From assembly GCF_022539665.2 (NCBI RefSeq), contig NC_081334.1, forward strand, positions 1,240,001 through 1,304,000: a DNA stretch of 64,000 nucleotides, in the 5' to 3' direction. The translations under genes were made by a program, and so were the position numbers. The stretch is from Daphnia carinata (taxonomy: Eukaryota). Shown in pieces: positions 1-15,400 of the stretch. Under the pieces are notes generated by a model. The model was not told the origin of the DNA, did no database searches, and saw only the letters and a program-made list of their open reading frames with translations. Within the stretch, counting starts at the first letter, position 1. Every line of letters starts with the position of its first letter.

Positions 1-1564
1 ACGTTACTTTATTGAACGTCAGCAGGACATTCCTCCTGTCACCAATTTTGTTGATTTATTTATATTTTTCAATTCGATCGTAGTGGTGCAAATCGTTTGA
101 TGTTCAACCGTATCTAGCAAACAACAAAACGCACAAACGAACGGTACGATCGTTTATCGTTCGCCGCGTTCGGTGCAAATTGGAGTTGGCGTTTAAAGTC
201 ATGCAACTTCAAACCTTCGTACGCTGCATCGATCATCGGATGATTCACGCGTGACCGTGTAACGTTCGTGATGTGACATTTTCGTAATGGGCGTTCACGG
301 TTTGGCGTGGTGATTGAACGCGTAATGTACAATACTGCGATTCGAGCTGTAACGAGTTACCTATTTGCGATTGCGTTCTAAGCAAATCTACCTAGAATAA
401 AAAAAAAAAATCCTTTTGTTTTTCGAATCATCTCAAAAGTTACTTCGTATCGCCCCTTTAACAATCTTTTATTCAGAGTAGCACGAAGGCGTTTGATGGC
501 ACCGTCTACGTGACTCCTGAGGCTCATCAAGGCTTCAGCGAAGGCAAAAACGAATAGGAAACAAAGAAAGGGAAGTAACGCAACTATAGAATAGCCGAGC
601 ACAGAAGAAATCAAAGAAAATTTCGTCTCCTATTTATGTTTTGCATAGAATGGGGCCCATAGAACTGCATAGGTTTTGATGTGGTGTATGGACGCAAAGG
701 TCAATTTAAAGATCTAATTGAAAGCGGATTGTAAAGAGAACAAACAGACAATGAAACAAACGTTTAATGGAAGCATCCCTCGTGAAGTTGACCAATCCCG
801 ATTGAGGTAATAGAAAATCCCAACCGCAAATGAGACTAATTTTCTAGACGGGTCTATACTAACATTTATGGCTGCCTGCTTAAACCAAGGGCACAAGTTA
901 TCTGACCGTCTCCTTTTCATCTATAACATTTCTTATTGTGCGTCGTAGGGACATACATAGCTACACATAATTCGTATATAGAAGAGAGAGTCAGCCATTA
1001 AAAAAAAAACGTAGTAGGCCCTACGCATTTGCTGGGTTCGGATCAAGCCACGAATCATTAGGATACGGCTATCTCACTTTAACCGTCACGTTGATATTCT
1101 TCGTGCGTCCTGGACATGCGTCATGAATAACTTACAAGTCAAACGAAGAATACGGCAAGCAACTAGCATGATTGCCATCTGATACCAACATTTCGATATC
1201 ATTTCTTTAACAAGAAAAGGCGGAGTGCGTAACTATGCCAATGAATTACTGCACTATTACATAGGGTGGTTATGCCATTGCAATAGCCTGTTATGTTTTA
1301 TCTTATTTTTTTAAATAGAAAATTTAATCTAATCATTAAATTAACGACGTGTGTGGACAACAGTTAGTTAGCCTTACATTTTGGAAGTTATCCAGCAAGC
1401 TAACGGACGAAGCGCTAAGACACCACGTCCGCTTCTTACAACATCATTTTACTTTCATACAATTAAATCTAAAATATAAAGAAATATCTATTGGATATTG
1501 CAGCTGTACTGCAGTTCGAAGAAATATTCAAATTTAGGCATGTCTGAGTGATCATTACGTTTAA

Positions 1565-4500
1565 TCAGTTCCTTCCTTGCGGCACAACTCTGCCTGCACC
1601 GCTTGGATTATTATGAGCTCTGTAAATTGCCTGCCACTGATAACGTCTACATTGTCTAAAGTTTGCCCGGGTTGTACACTCATTACATGTAATTAGTAAC
1701 CGTACCTTGACGTGGGCCAAACGAACTCGCCACTCAGCCGGTTTGGTAGTGCGATGATGTAATCCGACATCGGACGAACACGGTGGATGTTGCTTGCCGA
1801 TCGCAACGGCTGTATTAGATGGCGTAGTAGCAGGAATGCTATTGACAACAGCATCGTCCTGCATCACGAACCCGATGCGGAGAGGGGCATTTGCCAGTGA
1901 GGGCACCATTTTCATGCTGTCGTCCAGCTCAATATCAACATTGGTGGTCTTCTCTTCAGCGATAAGTGTCTCTTTGACAGCCCCATTTTGCGGTGCTGGG
2001 CTCGCACGTCTCTGCGACCGACGTTCGGCCGTGCTCAGCCAAATGCCGCTCGTGTTCAAGCTGCCGCCGTTCCGCGAATTGGCCGAAAATCTGGACGATT
2101 ACAAAGGAGACTCAGCTGTTGGATTTCACTCTAAATTCAATGATGCCGTTTTTTTTTACCGCGATCTGTCCGAAGCTTGTCGGTGGTGATTGTAAAGGTA
2201 GTGATGTCGGCTGGATGCAGGTGCCAGGCCGCACAGAGTTTCGCGGAACGCCTCACGATAACGAACCGACATGACATTGTACAGTATCGGATTGATAGTC
2301 GAAGAGAAGAAATAAAAACACCCTGTGGTATAGGATTTGGTGAGTAGAGTGAGGTTGGCATTTCATTTGTCATTAAACAATGTCAGTACCTGTAATGAAG
2401 AACATCTTCTCGTTGATCTCGCGGTAGTTGGGCGAGTCCTTTGCGTAGACATAGAGAAGTCGCTGAGCGTGGAATGGCGCCCAGCAGATAAAGAAGCCAA
2501 TCACCACAGCAACTGGACGAATGAAAACAAAGAACATTAAAGTCACATGCCATTTCAGTTGTTTACTTTGTTACTGAATCTAAAAGAAAAAAAGAAAAAC
2601 ACCTTAAATATTTGCTCAGTCTTTCTTGGCTGAGTTTGTTGAGGACATCACCATCCCCCACATAGTGGCTGGAATGTGTGGGTTGCAGTTGTTATATTTT
2701 ATGACCACGCGAATGCTTACAGAGTGCAACATTTTGCATTATCTCCACACTCGCCAATAATTCTCAGTATGCATTAAGTATTGCACAGTCTTCAACTTCC
2801 ATTTGAAAAAAGGAAGACTTCTTATCATCTTTGCCTTTTTTTTACTTTGATTCCATTTGTTATATGAGCTTATCTTTTGCCGTTTCCATTTTTGCGGCTT
2901 TTGAAACGAAGATTTTTACCACTTTCGGGCGCATAGTTCAAACTTTTTTTTACGAAAGAAAAAAATCAAAATATAGACCAGGTTTCAATTTAAAAGAGAG
3001 ATCTTGTATCAATCAATCGTTTCCGGCGCACATACAGACCCACTAGGAGAAGCTTTTGGATCGATGCTCAATGATGCCACTAACGGAAATGGTTTGCTAT
3101 TCAATCAAAAGATAAACAGTTGAACCGAAATGGGTGCTGCGGGGGTCGTGAAGGCAAATCGTCAGTCGTTCAGACGGGGGAGGCTTACATCTAGCTGAAA
3201 TTGGTTAGTGTGCGCGGCACATCTACCGGAACATGCTATTCCACTTAATATGACAACATCGACGTTGTTGTATTTTACTTTCTTATACACACACCCAATC
3301 TCTGAGTGGCCTGACGGCAAAAGAAACTTTTCAGCAAAACTAAAATGGTTAAGTTTTTTTTTTTTTACAAAAAATCAATCAACGCCATCATCCGTGATGG
3401 TCACACACACGTCTCGAGTGTAGCGATATACTCTGAGTTTATCTTATTTTTCACTGGAACTGGAAAAAAGAGGGGATGATGTGTTGGGAATGAAAGTGAC
3501 ATCGGATGTTGCCAGGCTTTCTTCGAGAGCTCCAGTGAGAGTTCCAAACCGACAAACAGCAATCTTATAAAAAAAAAAGTGACCACACACCGTTGGCACT
3601 ATGGTCTCTCCTGTTTTTTTTTTTTTTCATCGTTACGTAACGGATGTTGGGATTCTCTTTTCTTTTTCGGGCTGTATAAGTGAGAAAAAAAAATGTTATA
3701 GATTCTTTGGAAAGAAGCTGTCGAACGGGACTGACTGACAGCAAATAGACGCCTCCGCCACCATCCCTTGCTTTTTTTTTGTTGTGTTTGACTGATGATC
3801 TACATGTATAACCTCCTTTTAGTTACTTTTCACTATTTACTTCTTTATCATCTCCTTTTTTATTCTTGTCCTTCAGCCGGTACCTTCTTTTTACAACATC
3901 CAACAGGAAGAGCCATAACTGTGTTGGCCTATCGAAAATTGCGCTGATATCAGGTGACTGTCAAACTTAATTCGTTTCAACTAAGTCTGCACGAAAACGG
4001 TAATCGGGATTGACCTCATCTTGTCATTCATTTGGGCACACGATTGCATGGCAAATAAATCTGAAACTCTGTGCCAATAGTTTGAGCACACACCGAAACT
4101 ATAGCACACACACATACGTCCTGGATCGGCTTGATGAGTATATTTGCTGTGTACGGAGTGCCATCGATCGGGTCGAGAGACTTAACGACTTGCGGGACAT
4201 GACGGCCAACGAGCCGTTCGAATGATACACCCAAAAGAACGCAATCTTCTTCTTCATTCTTTTCAGCCCTTTCTTTTTTTTTTTTTTCTCTCTCTCTCTC
4301 TTCTAAATCACAAATCATCACTCAGCTGAAGAGAAACAGATTGCTTCTTTTTTTCTTGCACGTATGCCATGTATCTAACGTCGTCAGGAAATGCTAGACG
4401 CGACCAACGGTCCTCGAGTGAGTCCGGCCAGAAAGAAAAAAAAACGTAAACAACTGAGGGAACACTCGATTGTCACATTTTGCTTTTGCAAAAGAAAAAA

Positions 4501-7500
4501 AGAAGAAGGATTTCAGAAGGATCATGCGAGTATATCGATGCCACCAAACGATCCAGCATCTAAGGCTCGTTTTGCAACGTATTTATTAAGGACATTCGTT
4601 GAATCTGACGCACTAAACTTTTCTTCTATGTAGCTGTTACTTACTGCCGTTGTTCTACGCACACCCACTCGATGTTTGTTTTTCTTGCAAAATTTTAGAT
4701 TCGCTCATCAGCTGAACGATAACGGATGTTCTATTCCCCTAAGCATTTTTGCGCATACATCCGATGTTTAGTACCGAACAAGAGAACCAAAGTAGGACGT
4801 GCGCTGAATCTGCTTGTTGTTGGTATATGCAAATGTGACGTCAATGTCCCCCTACGCGTCAGCTAAAACAAAAATCTGCAACGTCTCTCGCAAGCCAGTT
4901 GACGTCTGTTAGCAATGAGCAATCAACCATATACTTTTTCGTTGGGGGGGGGGGGGATGATAACGATCACGCGAGGTAGAGTTGTGAATCTTCAAAACGT
5001 AAACTGATTTAGCTGTACGCAGAAGAATAAAGATGGCGACAGATTTTACACGAACGTTCGTGCTCGACTTGACACCACTTTCACGCACAATCGGTTAGCA
5101 ACGCTTCTCTCTATTCACCCGGACAACCCGTGATTTTATTATAGGGTGTGACTCAATGTTCCCTTATTCGGTCGGTCAATGTCTTGATGCTGACGTAATG
5201 CTCCTCGTACGACTCGTCATTGGTCAGAAATAAAAAAAAAGACTGAAGAGAATAGAGAAAGAAAGACACGTATAATCCCTTAAAAGGAAATGCTGCATCG
5301 TGCGATATACGCGTCGCCACTGGTGGACATCCTCGTTGATTGTCGGTTACAGCAGACAGGGCACAATACGTACATACATCATCCGTGCGTATAGAGGGCA
5401 ATCCAGAGAAAATCGACCGACCTTCCCTGGAAAAAAATGATTGTCCCCTTAATATAGCACGATGAAAGCCTTTCCCATATACTGGCAAAATTGTTCTTCA
5501 TAAAGGAATAAAGCCGAGAGTCTATAAACCCCACGTTTTCACACCTGACCAACCATGTTACTTATAAATGATACGAAAAAAAAAATACAATCATTGACGT
5601 TGAACCCTTCTCGATGATTGAACGATCCTTCACAGGTGGTTACAATCTAACGAAGGCATTGTTATGCTAACTGATTGTTACAATCAAGCGATTGGAAAAG
5701 TCAATCGCCATTTTGAATGAAAAGGGTGAATCAATGGGACTTACCGAGCATACGTAAAATGGTCCTCCTCGAGGATGACTGCCTCGACTCATTGGAGTGA
5801 TGGACAACACCTTGGACGTTACGGCCGCGTCCCAGCGACGTCCGTCTAATTCGGATTCCGATGCGCAGATAAAGCAGACACAGAATGCCCATGGGCACGA
5901 TGAAGAAGATGAAAGTGGCCACTTCGACCAGCGGCCACTGTGTCGGTGGATTTTCATCTTGCAGCGCGCAGAAAGCCGATTCAGGTATCGACTGGCCGGA
6001 CAAATTGGCTCCTGCTTCCGGCGGATAAGGCACGTACGAAATGCCAGTGTAAATAGCGAACGGCAGGGCTGAGATGAGCGCCACCAGCCAAATGAGAGCA
6101 ACAATGCGAGCCGCCCGTCCAAGCCCGGCCATCGTGTACGCGTGCAGCGGATGACAGATGGCGAGATAACGTTCAAGCGAGAAAGCCACGATCGTCAGCA
6201 CCGAAGCGTAATTGGTCCTTTTCATTAAAAAAAGGAGTATTATTTTATCATAAGCCGTACCAGGAACTTACATCACGGATTGACATGTCTACTTAAGCCT
6301 AACGTCAATGTCAGCGGCTCCAGCTTAGAGTGGTAGTCGTACTCTGATGCTTTCGCAAGGTACGTCAACTTAATACTAGCTCAGCCATGTAGATGTATTT
6401 TTCTTTTGAAAATAATTACGTGAAAATATTGAACATTTCAATCCTTTGCTGTTCGCAATTTTTTTTTTTGATATAGTGGTGCTCTAAAGAGAGACAAACT
6501 CCGAGGGATTTGGTGCTCGCATGGCGCCCTAGCAAAGCTTTATACGTTCACAATTGGGATGCTAAGGCTTTGATCGCAGTTGGGGTCGCAAATGTTTTGA
6601 TTAGATAATCTTGTAGGAATGGGGAATAAAAAGGAGAACTCGAGCTTTAGTCGAATGAAATGCAAAAAAAAAATGCAAAAGAAATACATAAAAATAAAGT
6701 AGGAAATGAACGCGTTTGACTCATAGTCGTTCAGTTGAGCAATAACGTACGGCTTAATTGCTTTTTGCGATGCACAAATTCGTACTCGTTGCACGAGAAA
6801 GAGGACTTAATATAGCACCTTCCTTTTTGGCTACTTACAGAAATGTCCATCAACGTGAATTTTTGCGGATGACACTCAAGCCATAACCAGAATGCGAACG
6901 TGGCTGCAAGCACTTTGCATAAACACAAAAGATCGAGAGCGTCGTTTACGACATTGGAAGCTATTCGAACGGCGGGGGATATACACAAACCGATGTGGCA
7001 TGCATCAAATTCAAGAGTTTACATTAAATTATGCATATTCTATTTTCCTATTCAATACAACATAGCGGAATAACTGGGAGTAAGCGGGCGCACAGCGGGA
7101 ACGCAGCGCGACTTGATTTAGTATAACAGTTCATATGTAACAGCTGAGTGGAAATCGAGAGAACGGGAAGAGGAAATGGCCTCACCCTTCACATCTTCAA
7201 GAGGGAAGTTTCTAACGCCGAAACTGATGCCAATTCGTTGCGGAAGCATTGATGGCGTCCGCTTCTTCAAACGCCAGCCAAACTACGTTCTAATATTTTA
7301 AATTCACAGTGATTCCAACTTATTCCTTATATAAACATGGCCTCTGTCATCCATTGATGATAACAGCTATATTTTTTTTTTGTTTAAATGCCGGAATGAT
7401 GGGCGCACTGACATTTTCATTATTCTTTTCCTATCCACAACACGAGACAGTTGTGTACGTCGCTGAATTTTATGACCCACGCGATTAACGTAATTGCATC

Positions 7501-9416
7501 GTTAGAAAATCCAGTGATGCTACGTCAACGGGCTGACTATTCATAACAGTGAACTGCTGAGTATCAAAGAAAATCATCTATTATGAAAGGACAATTTAGC
7601 AAAGTGCCATGTTAATCCATGGCGGCCGTATGGAGTGAGGAGCTTCCGGCCAAAGTGAGACGTCTACGTTACAAAAGAATATCGGATACATTTCGTTGCA
7701 CGCGTCACATAATTTTCTTCTGAATAAAAGCTAAAAGGTAAATACGTTCTCACAGTGGTACCGAAATATTGAAGATCGTAGCCGGAAGTGGAAGGCGTAG
7801 GGAGCGTTGGGAGAATTAAAGAAAAGAATTTGATCTCAAGATTAAACTCGCGAAGCCGGAAACCCATTAGCAAATGCAGCCACGCCCTCCGGAAAAGCAT
7901 GAAGTATATAGAATGGGATGTTATGTGCCCTCTCTCTGATTTAATATCTGTCGTCACGCAAGACGCTTGTCTCAACTATGCGAAGACCGAACGCATGATG
8001 CAATATATGCATAATAAATCGATCTATATCTTCATGGCTTCCTTTGCCTATCCATAAGACACACTTCAAGGGCACGTCCGTATGTGCGTTGTGATGCTGC
8101 TTCCGTTTTATCGACTGAATGTTTGGTATGTATATTCATCAAAACAAAATTTTTATTTCTCCTTTATAGGGGTCTCCTTTTTTCTTTATGGCATCAGACG
8201 ATTGTAATGAGATCATTAGCAATGACAAAGGAGCCAGATGTTGACACATCTTCGTTCGTCAAACGCGCTAAAAACAATCTTTGGATCGATACGTCGTATT
8301 TACCCTTTTCTGTTGTAAAATGCCGTATACATTTTGTGTTGAAAAACAGCTTTATCGTGCTTTTCAATCGTAAATTTCACTATCTAGTTTAGTTTATATT
8401 ATCCCATATAGAGAGCCGAGTCGTAATCAAAGTGGCGGCCCTTTTTCAAATGCGAAGGCGCTTTCTTTCCGTCCCCGCACGTACACATAGGATTAGAAAC
8501 TCATTAAACCACCATCAAAATATTTAAAAGAAAAGATATACCCCTATGCTAAAATACCCCTTTCCTTCTACGCCTCTATAAGATGAATCTTTAAAGGAAT
8601 AATTTTAAGCGCAACTCTCGCAAACTATTTGTGTAACAGCGTCTTTCCATGTGGCCGACACGTCTACCCGAAATCAATGCCCTTTTTTTTAATTTTTCAC
8701 AGTGATTTAAAATCCCCTAGAAATCGAGTGATTAACGGCACGTGAAATGACTTATCAACTAACGCTCTCTAACCTTTTACAACAATTCACTTGAAAGTGT
8801 AAAACGGTTAGTGCGTCGCCCTAATGCTGTCAAGCTTTAACGCTATTCCCACGACGCCATAGCATTCTCACGCAAATGGGATGAATAATGATAGCAATCA
8901 AATAGTCAAATAGCTAATTTACATTTCAGCGATGAGAGCTCTCAGCTTGCAGACAATTTCGCCCAACGCCCACGGATACTGCTGCCAGTAGACGCTCAAA
9001 TCGTTTGGCAAACCTGTTTCAACACAAAAGGTGTTAGTGTTACATCAAATAATAATAATTCGAAATAAATAAAAACGGACAATTGATTGCATAAATGTAC
9101 CAAATAGAAGGACCGTCAAATCAGAGACGGCCAATGAGAATAGGTAGCAGTTGGTGGCCGTGTGCATGGACGGGTTGCGCACGATGACAACGCACACGGC
9201 GATGTTGCCCACCACGCCCGAAACGAATATCAAAATGTAGACGATGGTGATGGGTATGACGACGTCCATGGGCAGATGTTTTGGACCCCAGTGAGTGGTT
9301 AGATAATTATGCACGTTCCATTCGTTGACGGTGGCATTGCTCGAGTAGGAGGCATTTGCTTCCAACAACATCAAGTCCGACAGCCATTCAGTCGTGTTCT
9401 CCACGTCCGAAGTCAT
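1565..9416 (-). CDS. CapaR: Neuropeptide CAPA receptor-like class A GPCR (PRXamide/neuromedin-U receptor family), ~538-563 aa
   Basis: Exons (GT-AG, phases consistent): 9416-9101, 9013-8923, 6217-5745, 2512-2390, 2322-2160, 2090-1565 (possibly split by a 75-nt in-frame intron 1705-1631). Motifs: GN (TM1), LAVSD (TM2), [50 protein letters not shown] (TM6), SSTINPILY (TM7), and N-terminal N-glycosylation sequons. [10 protein letters not shown] resembles CAPA receptors more than pyrokinin receptors; that subfamily call is from recall, not a search. Confidence 0.88.
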
Positions 9417-12400
9417 GATGGTTGTCAGAAACGAGCACCGAACAAAAGTCGGATGATTGTAATCACAACATGTCCGGCAGTTCGGTTGAGCGTCAAAAAC
9501 GAAACTGTAATGGAACGAGAGATTAACACGCGTGATTATGAAAGTACAGATGTCTTGATGCAAATTATGTAATTAAAACAAAAATCAGCCTAGCGTACAG
9601 GTGTGACTAGAAAAGAAAACATTTCAAGTGTAACGAGTAATCATAAATAAGGTGACGTGTTATTCAAATCTTTCCCTCCTGCGGATAATGGTATATTATT
9701 ACGTAACACGCAATTAGAGTGTGTGTAATATTCACGTTCGCTTCGCAAAACACGATCCAAGGAAACATGGTTAGGGCGATAGCTGGTGTGCAGACTACGC
9801 GGAGCTAAAATGTGTGTATGAAAGAGAGAACTAGACAGGCAATTCTATATTTCATGTAAGAAGAACGTCATCAACGTGTACATGAGTTACTCATGTTTTC
9901 CCGACGATCCGCCCCCCCCCCCCCAAAGACGTTGGCTGTTTTCTGCATGACGAACACACGACAACCACCTGCAAGGCAGTTAGGATATTCGATACACGTG
10001 TTGGCACTTCATACATTGAATTCAAATGTTTTTTTTTTCCATCAATATAAAGAAAAAATTCTACTGCCGTTAATACGGATTTGATAGACACCCCGGATTG
10101 AATCAACCTGTCACACATTCGCTTGATGTTTCAATTAGGGTAAATGAAAATCCAATCAAATTTTTCTTTTTACATCCGTGCGTCACGCAAAGGCAGTTTT
10201 CACATTAACTTTGTGTAAGTTAAACATTTTCTTATTGTTAAGAATTTAAAAAAATTCGGAACTCGGTGACGTGTTGCCCATGTATACATCAACTCGCTGT
10301 GCGTAGTTGATGTTTTGACTTGACACTTGCTAATGACCCTGCGCTTTTCACTGTGTTGCGTCAGCGATTGACCCGTTAAATGCTGGACAGCAATTGATGA
10401 AACTGCGATTGCTTCTTCTTCCTGTTTCGTTACTCGTTGCTGGCTCGACACTGTTCGATGGCACATCTCCTTGTAAACAAAAGTAGGGCGAAAACAAGGG
10501 AAAAATAGGACAAGGGTTTTATCATCACATTCTTGTCCCAAAATTGCCAAAAGACGTTGATGGTTTAAAAGAAAAACATCCAAATGAAAAAGAAGACGAT
10601 CAAAAATAGCACTAGTCGAGTCTTGTGCCTGGCCTTCATATTATATAAATTGACCGATTGTTGCTCTGCCCTTTGCCATTTTCGACGTTTGGTTGAACGC
10701 GCAGCTGGCGAACTTCAACGCTAACTTTGGAGAAAAGATCAGACTTTCGGCTGTTAAACTTGCCGTGACACCTTTACAAGTGCTGAGAATAAATTACGAC
10801 CGTGAACTCAAAGACCTCGAAGGCTTTTTAGGTTAGCCGACAGAGCGTATATTAGAAAGTTTGGGACGAAACACATCGAGAATGAAGCGTGCTTGTTTTG
10901 ACCGTGCTATCTGTCTTCAAGCCGTTCGTTTTTGTTAATGTCGAAAATAACGGTAGATCTATTGGGGCCTTCTTTTTGGAGAGGGTTAGTCAGATCGTTA
11001 AATTTGATGTTAGTTAACGGAGGATATGTCTGCTCTGGTGTTGAAGCAATGCCGATTATATCTATAGTTAGGCATCATTCCAAAGAGTTGGTGAAATTTT
11101 AATAATAATTAAAAAAAAGATTTCCATAATTTCTTTGAAAGACTAATTTTGTTATTGGACTTTGACCCTTTTTATTTATGACGAGACAACTCTCAAAGAG
11201 GATCCCCACGGATAGATGAACGTATTTCATTCCATCTTTAGCGCTAAGGATGTTGATAGCATCGTATCAAATCTGATTATGAATCATTTTTGTGTGTGTT
11301 ATGGCAAGGCTATAACGGCCCGTAATGCGACACGCCACCACATTCTTATGACAAGTTAAAATTCAATAAAACCACAGTCGCCTTAACAAATGTCTAATCA
11401 TCCTATTATAGTTTTATTCAAATTTAGCGTGTTGTGCGGAGCTCGCTGGATCAATGCTCGTTGCGTCTGTCAGCATGTCCCGCGTGAGAAAAAAACAAAA
11501 AGGACGACATTCCTGGAATCTTTCCGCCAAAGATAGGGTAGTTCGGGTAGTTTAATGAATACCGGGAGCCTTCCAATAGTTCCGTACGCGTCAGCCTTTC
11601 ATTATAGTTTTCCTTATCCGTATAGGGAAAAAACGTCCTGCCGGCCGGAACGCTATTAGCCGAGAAAGACGTATATGAAAGCTCGACAAAAGATTTTACG
11701 AGGAAATATATATAAAGTTACGGATAGTAAAAAAAACAAAAGAATTAATCGGTTACTAAGATACGCCGACTGAGCCGTGCTTCATTATAGCTGAACCATG
11801 AGGCCGAATAAAGCATATAAACTTATGAATGTACAGTCAATAGATATTAGCTTATATATGTACGCACTTTATTAAGAACAGCTGCGATTATATAAGCGAA
11901 GAGTAATGGGACACTCAAACGAGATATTGCAGAACAACTCAAGATGCTGAACGAACCATAAAGATTAATCATGATACATTTTGAGACTGTAGGAAATGTA
12001 ATCCGTTAGCATCAAGCCAAATAGTGGATGAACGTAATGACGTCAAACACGCTGATGGGAAAAAGAAGGAGGGACCGATACTATGGGCAATCTTTTCAAC
12101 GAGCGACTCTATTTACGTAAAAAAATATCTAGGCTCTTGTAAAGACACACATAAGGGCAACACCAAAAACTAGAGTCGCTTATGTCAAAAACTGACTTTG
12201 CACGAAAATGCAAACTGCCATCGCAATTACGTTAAATAACACGCGTCTAATGAATCAGTTTTGCTCAAGTTCTTTTTGGCGATTGCACGTGCGAGATTGA
12301 ACAGCTGTTCGCAATGCTCCTCAACCTCAAACGAATTAAGATGGCACGTCAGAAAGAACAAGATGGAACGAGGATCGGTCGAGCGAAGATGGGCCATCGC

Positions 12401-15400
12401 CAGCCTGTTTCGCGTACACGCTGGACATTCGAGACGATGGATCCCATTGAACCGACGCATCCGAGCGTTGGAAGCTTAGCGTGATTATCCGCAGATTGCG
12501 TTTTACGTCGACGATCATCAGAGGAAGAAGAGATTGTACTCTGAATTATACAAAAATGGCAGTGCGCATGTCCGATAATCTCGTTGTTTCGAATCATGGC
12601 CGTTTCAGTTTGAAAATGGTCCCGTTTTATAGACGTGTAACTATTGTGACAGATGTGGCTGTCCCCTTGAATTTGCAACGAATGAATAATTCTTAAACGG
12701 GGTCGTGACAACTCGATTGCCGCTTGTCACGCGAAATGCATTCTACGCACAGCAGTCGTCCATTTTTGTTTTTCTTTCTCGAATCGACACTCAGTTCCGC
12801 TGGCGTTTGTCGCTGATCGTCTGTGCCGATATGACACTCAACTGCCCGTCTATATAGCGGCATGAAATTCAAACTCTGTTGGTCTGCTAGAAGCTTTTTT
12901 CGGATTAGTCAGCTAACAGACAGAAGGTATGGCACGAACAGACTTTCATTTTTTATCATTTTTGTTTTTGAAATAATGACAGCACGTTTCCACGCAGCTG
13001 CTGAGGTGACGAGACTGTGTTACTAACCGGCCCGACAGCACATACTCATTTCACTTCCAGTTTTTTTTTTTTCTTTTTATATAGCTCAAAATGTTGAATC
13101 ATTCTTTGACGACTTCTTTCATTCACGACAGCTGAGATATGTGTATTTCTTTGGAACGAAATAATCCAGTTGAGATTCCATGTTGAGGAGAGGGGGGGGG
13201 GGGTTAATCCATGATAGACATGCGGGGACAGTTTCAATAATTCAACACGTTTCTTTATTTTTATTGGGCTAGGAAACTTGGGCTATTCTTTACGCTGCAG
13301 CTATGTGTGACATGAAGAGGGAAAAAATATATATACATATATTTTGGAACGCAAGCGATTTGACTGATGGATTAAACATTCACAATGTTTGAGTCAGTAT
13401 GGCTTTTTTGCGCTGAGGGCGGATGAAGAATGGCGAAGTTTCAGCCGACGTTGATTGAGCAGGTGAACATCACTGGCTCCATATTTTGAGGGGGGACCAA
13501 ATGAGAAATGGAGGCAGCGAAAAGGAAAATTAAACGACGACGTTGTTAGGCGAATTTGTTTTTTTTCTTCTAAATAAAACGACAAACTCAAAAAAAAAAG
13601 AGACTTGAAAATTGTTGTTCCCCATCGCAAGCCTTCGATAAGAAAGAAACGTAGATTATCTTTAACGTCTAGAGGAGATGCAGCTGTTCTTATAAATGTG
13701 AACCCCGATTTTATATTGAACACTCTCCTCTGTTATTGTTATGATTATTACTTTGTCTCGATCGTTTCTCCAGCGTTTTGGCTACGAAACTCATCTCTGT
13801 ATTTTTATCCGCACCAACGGACCGCACACGCATTTACTTTGTGCTGCGGTTTATTTTAAAACTGTAATAGCCCCTCTACCTCGTGTGTGTTTGTGTGTGA
13901 GGGACCTGACAAGACGCTGGACAAAGAAAGAAACGATTGGACGGACGATTCCCGACAGATGCTTTCCATTTTCTTTTCCACTGTTCCTATCGCAACGCTT
14001 TTCGACAAACATCAAATTGCGTTGGAGCATCGCATTTCAAGTCTGACCCGGAGACAGTTCAACATCACCACAGCAACTCTCGACACAGAAACTAAGAATA
14101 ACATTGAGTTTGGTATCTCTCTCTCTCTCTCTCTCTGTCTTCTCTTCCTTGCATATTGCAAAGCGCAGTCATCTTAGATAGCCCCTTCTCGCTTTGTTTA
14201 TTTTTCGACGGTTTTCAACGTCAACACAAGTTAAGAGCGATGAGACGATCGGAGCGCACAGACCGACCGAAAAGCCCCCACCAAACCTTAAATTTTAAAA
14301 ATGTTTTTTTTTTACAAGCGACGAGAGAGTTCCAAAACACAGTCGGGGACAACGAAATAAAATGATGAAGGTATAATCTCATTCCACCCATATTCAGCTG
14401 GCCTCATAGTCGAGATTCACAGCCCTGATTGTATGCCGCATATATTCTTATCGTTCATCTTTAAAAGAATAAAATAAAATAAATTAAAATGAATAAGAAA
14501 AAATAATAAAAGGAATGTTTTCTCGAAAGCCTGGCATAGTTTTTCAATGTCTCGCCTCCGTGAATATAATGAATTTCTTGGCAACTGGTGGCCCGGAAAG
14601 AGATTATGGCCCTGTTCAAATCTTTTCTTGTTTATTTTTGTTGTTTTTTGTTTTGTTATTATTGACATGTACGCAAAGCGTACGTGTTACATTAACAATC
14701 ATTTTATTGCTATGTAAAATAACATTGTCTGTTTTTTTTTTTTTTTTTTTTTTTACCTTGATCTCATTAAAGGAGATGAAAGAGTTGTTAATTACATTGA
14801 TGTATAAAAATTTTTCCTCTTTTGTATTCGGTAGAAAAGATCAAACTTCGTTTTTCGTTGCCGAACGAGGTTAGATTTTGATATGAAGTGACGGGTCAAT
14901 AAACTGTGACAATGCGCTGCTACACAAAATGCGGAACTTTAAATAAAGCCTCAGTCATAAAAGTTAGACCGTCTGAAAAAAGTTCTGCCCTACAAAAAAC
15001 AAAAATGCTCGAGATTTGCGAATGACGTATTTACCGAACAAGCTACCCGAAAACCTTGCCCACCACCACAGACATCGGTAATCCCGCACAAACAGCAAAA
15101 ATGGTGATCCCCTTTAAGTTAATTTTTGTTTCCTTAGAAGTCTGCCATCGAAATGCAAATCCATCCCCAATATGTCGCAATAACCGAACAGACATTTATA
15201 GACTTTTCAAGCCTCCTCCTGCATATGCATTTCAACTTTGTATAATTATACGCGACTGTAGACACACATAAGAAGAAAAAAAAAAAATCTATGAATAATT
15301 CATTGTACAGCCTCCCCTTTTTCGGGGTAAAAACTTGGCTGCATAATGTGAAGACGCGTGAGTGAGCTATATCTATATTATGTGTGCCTTGTCGTCATGG

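Noticed and set aside
6313..6385. tRNA/SINE-like start GCGGCTCCAGCTTAGAGTGGTAG
   Set aside because: Only a loose A-box; I could find no B-box (GTTCRA) or cloverleaf.
12227..12711. Cluster of overlapping ORFs on both strands upstream of the CapaR coding region
   Set aside because: No recognisable motifs or consistent splice sites, so a nested gene cannot be supported.
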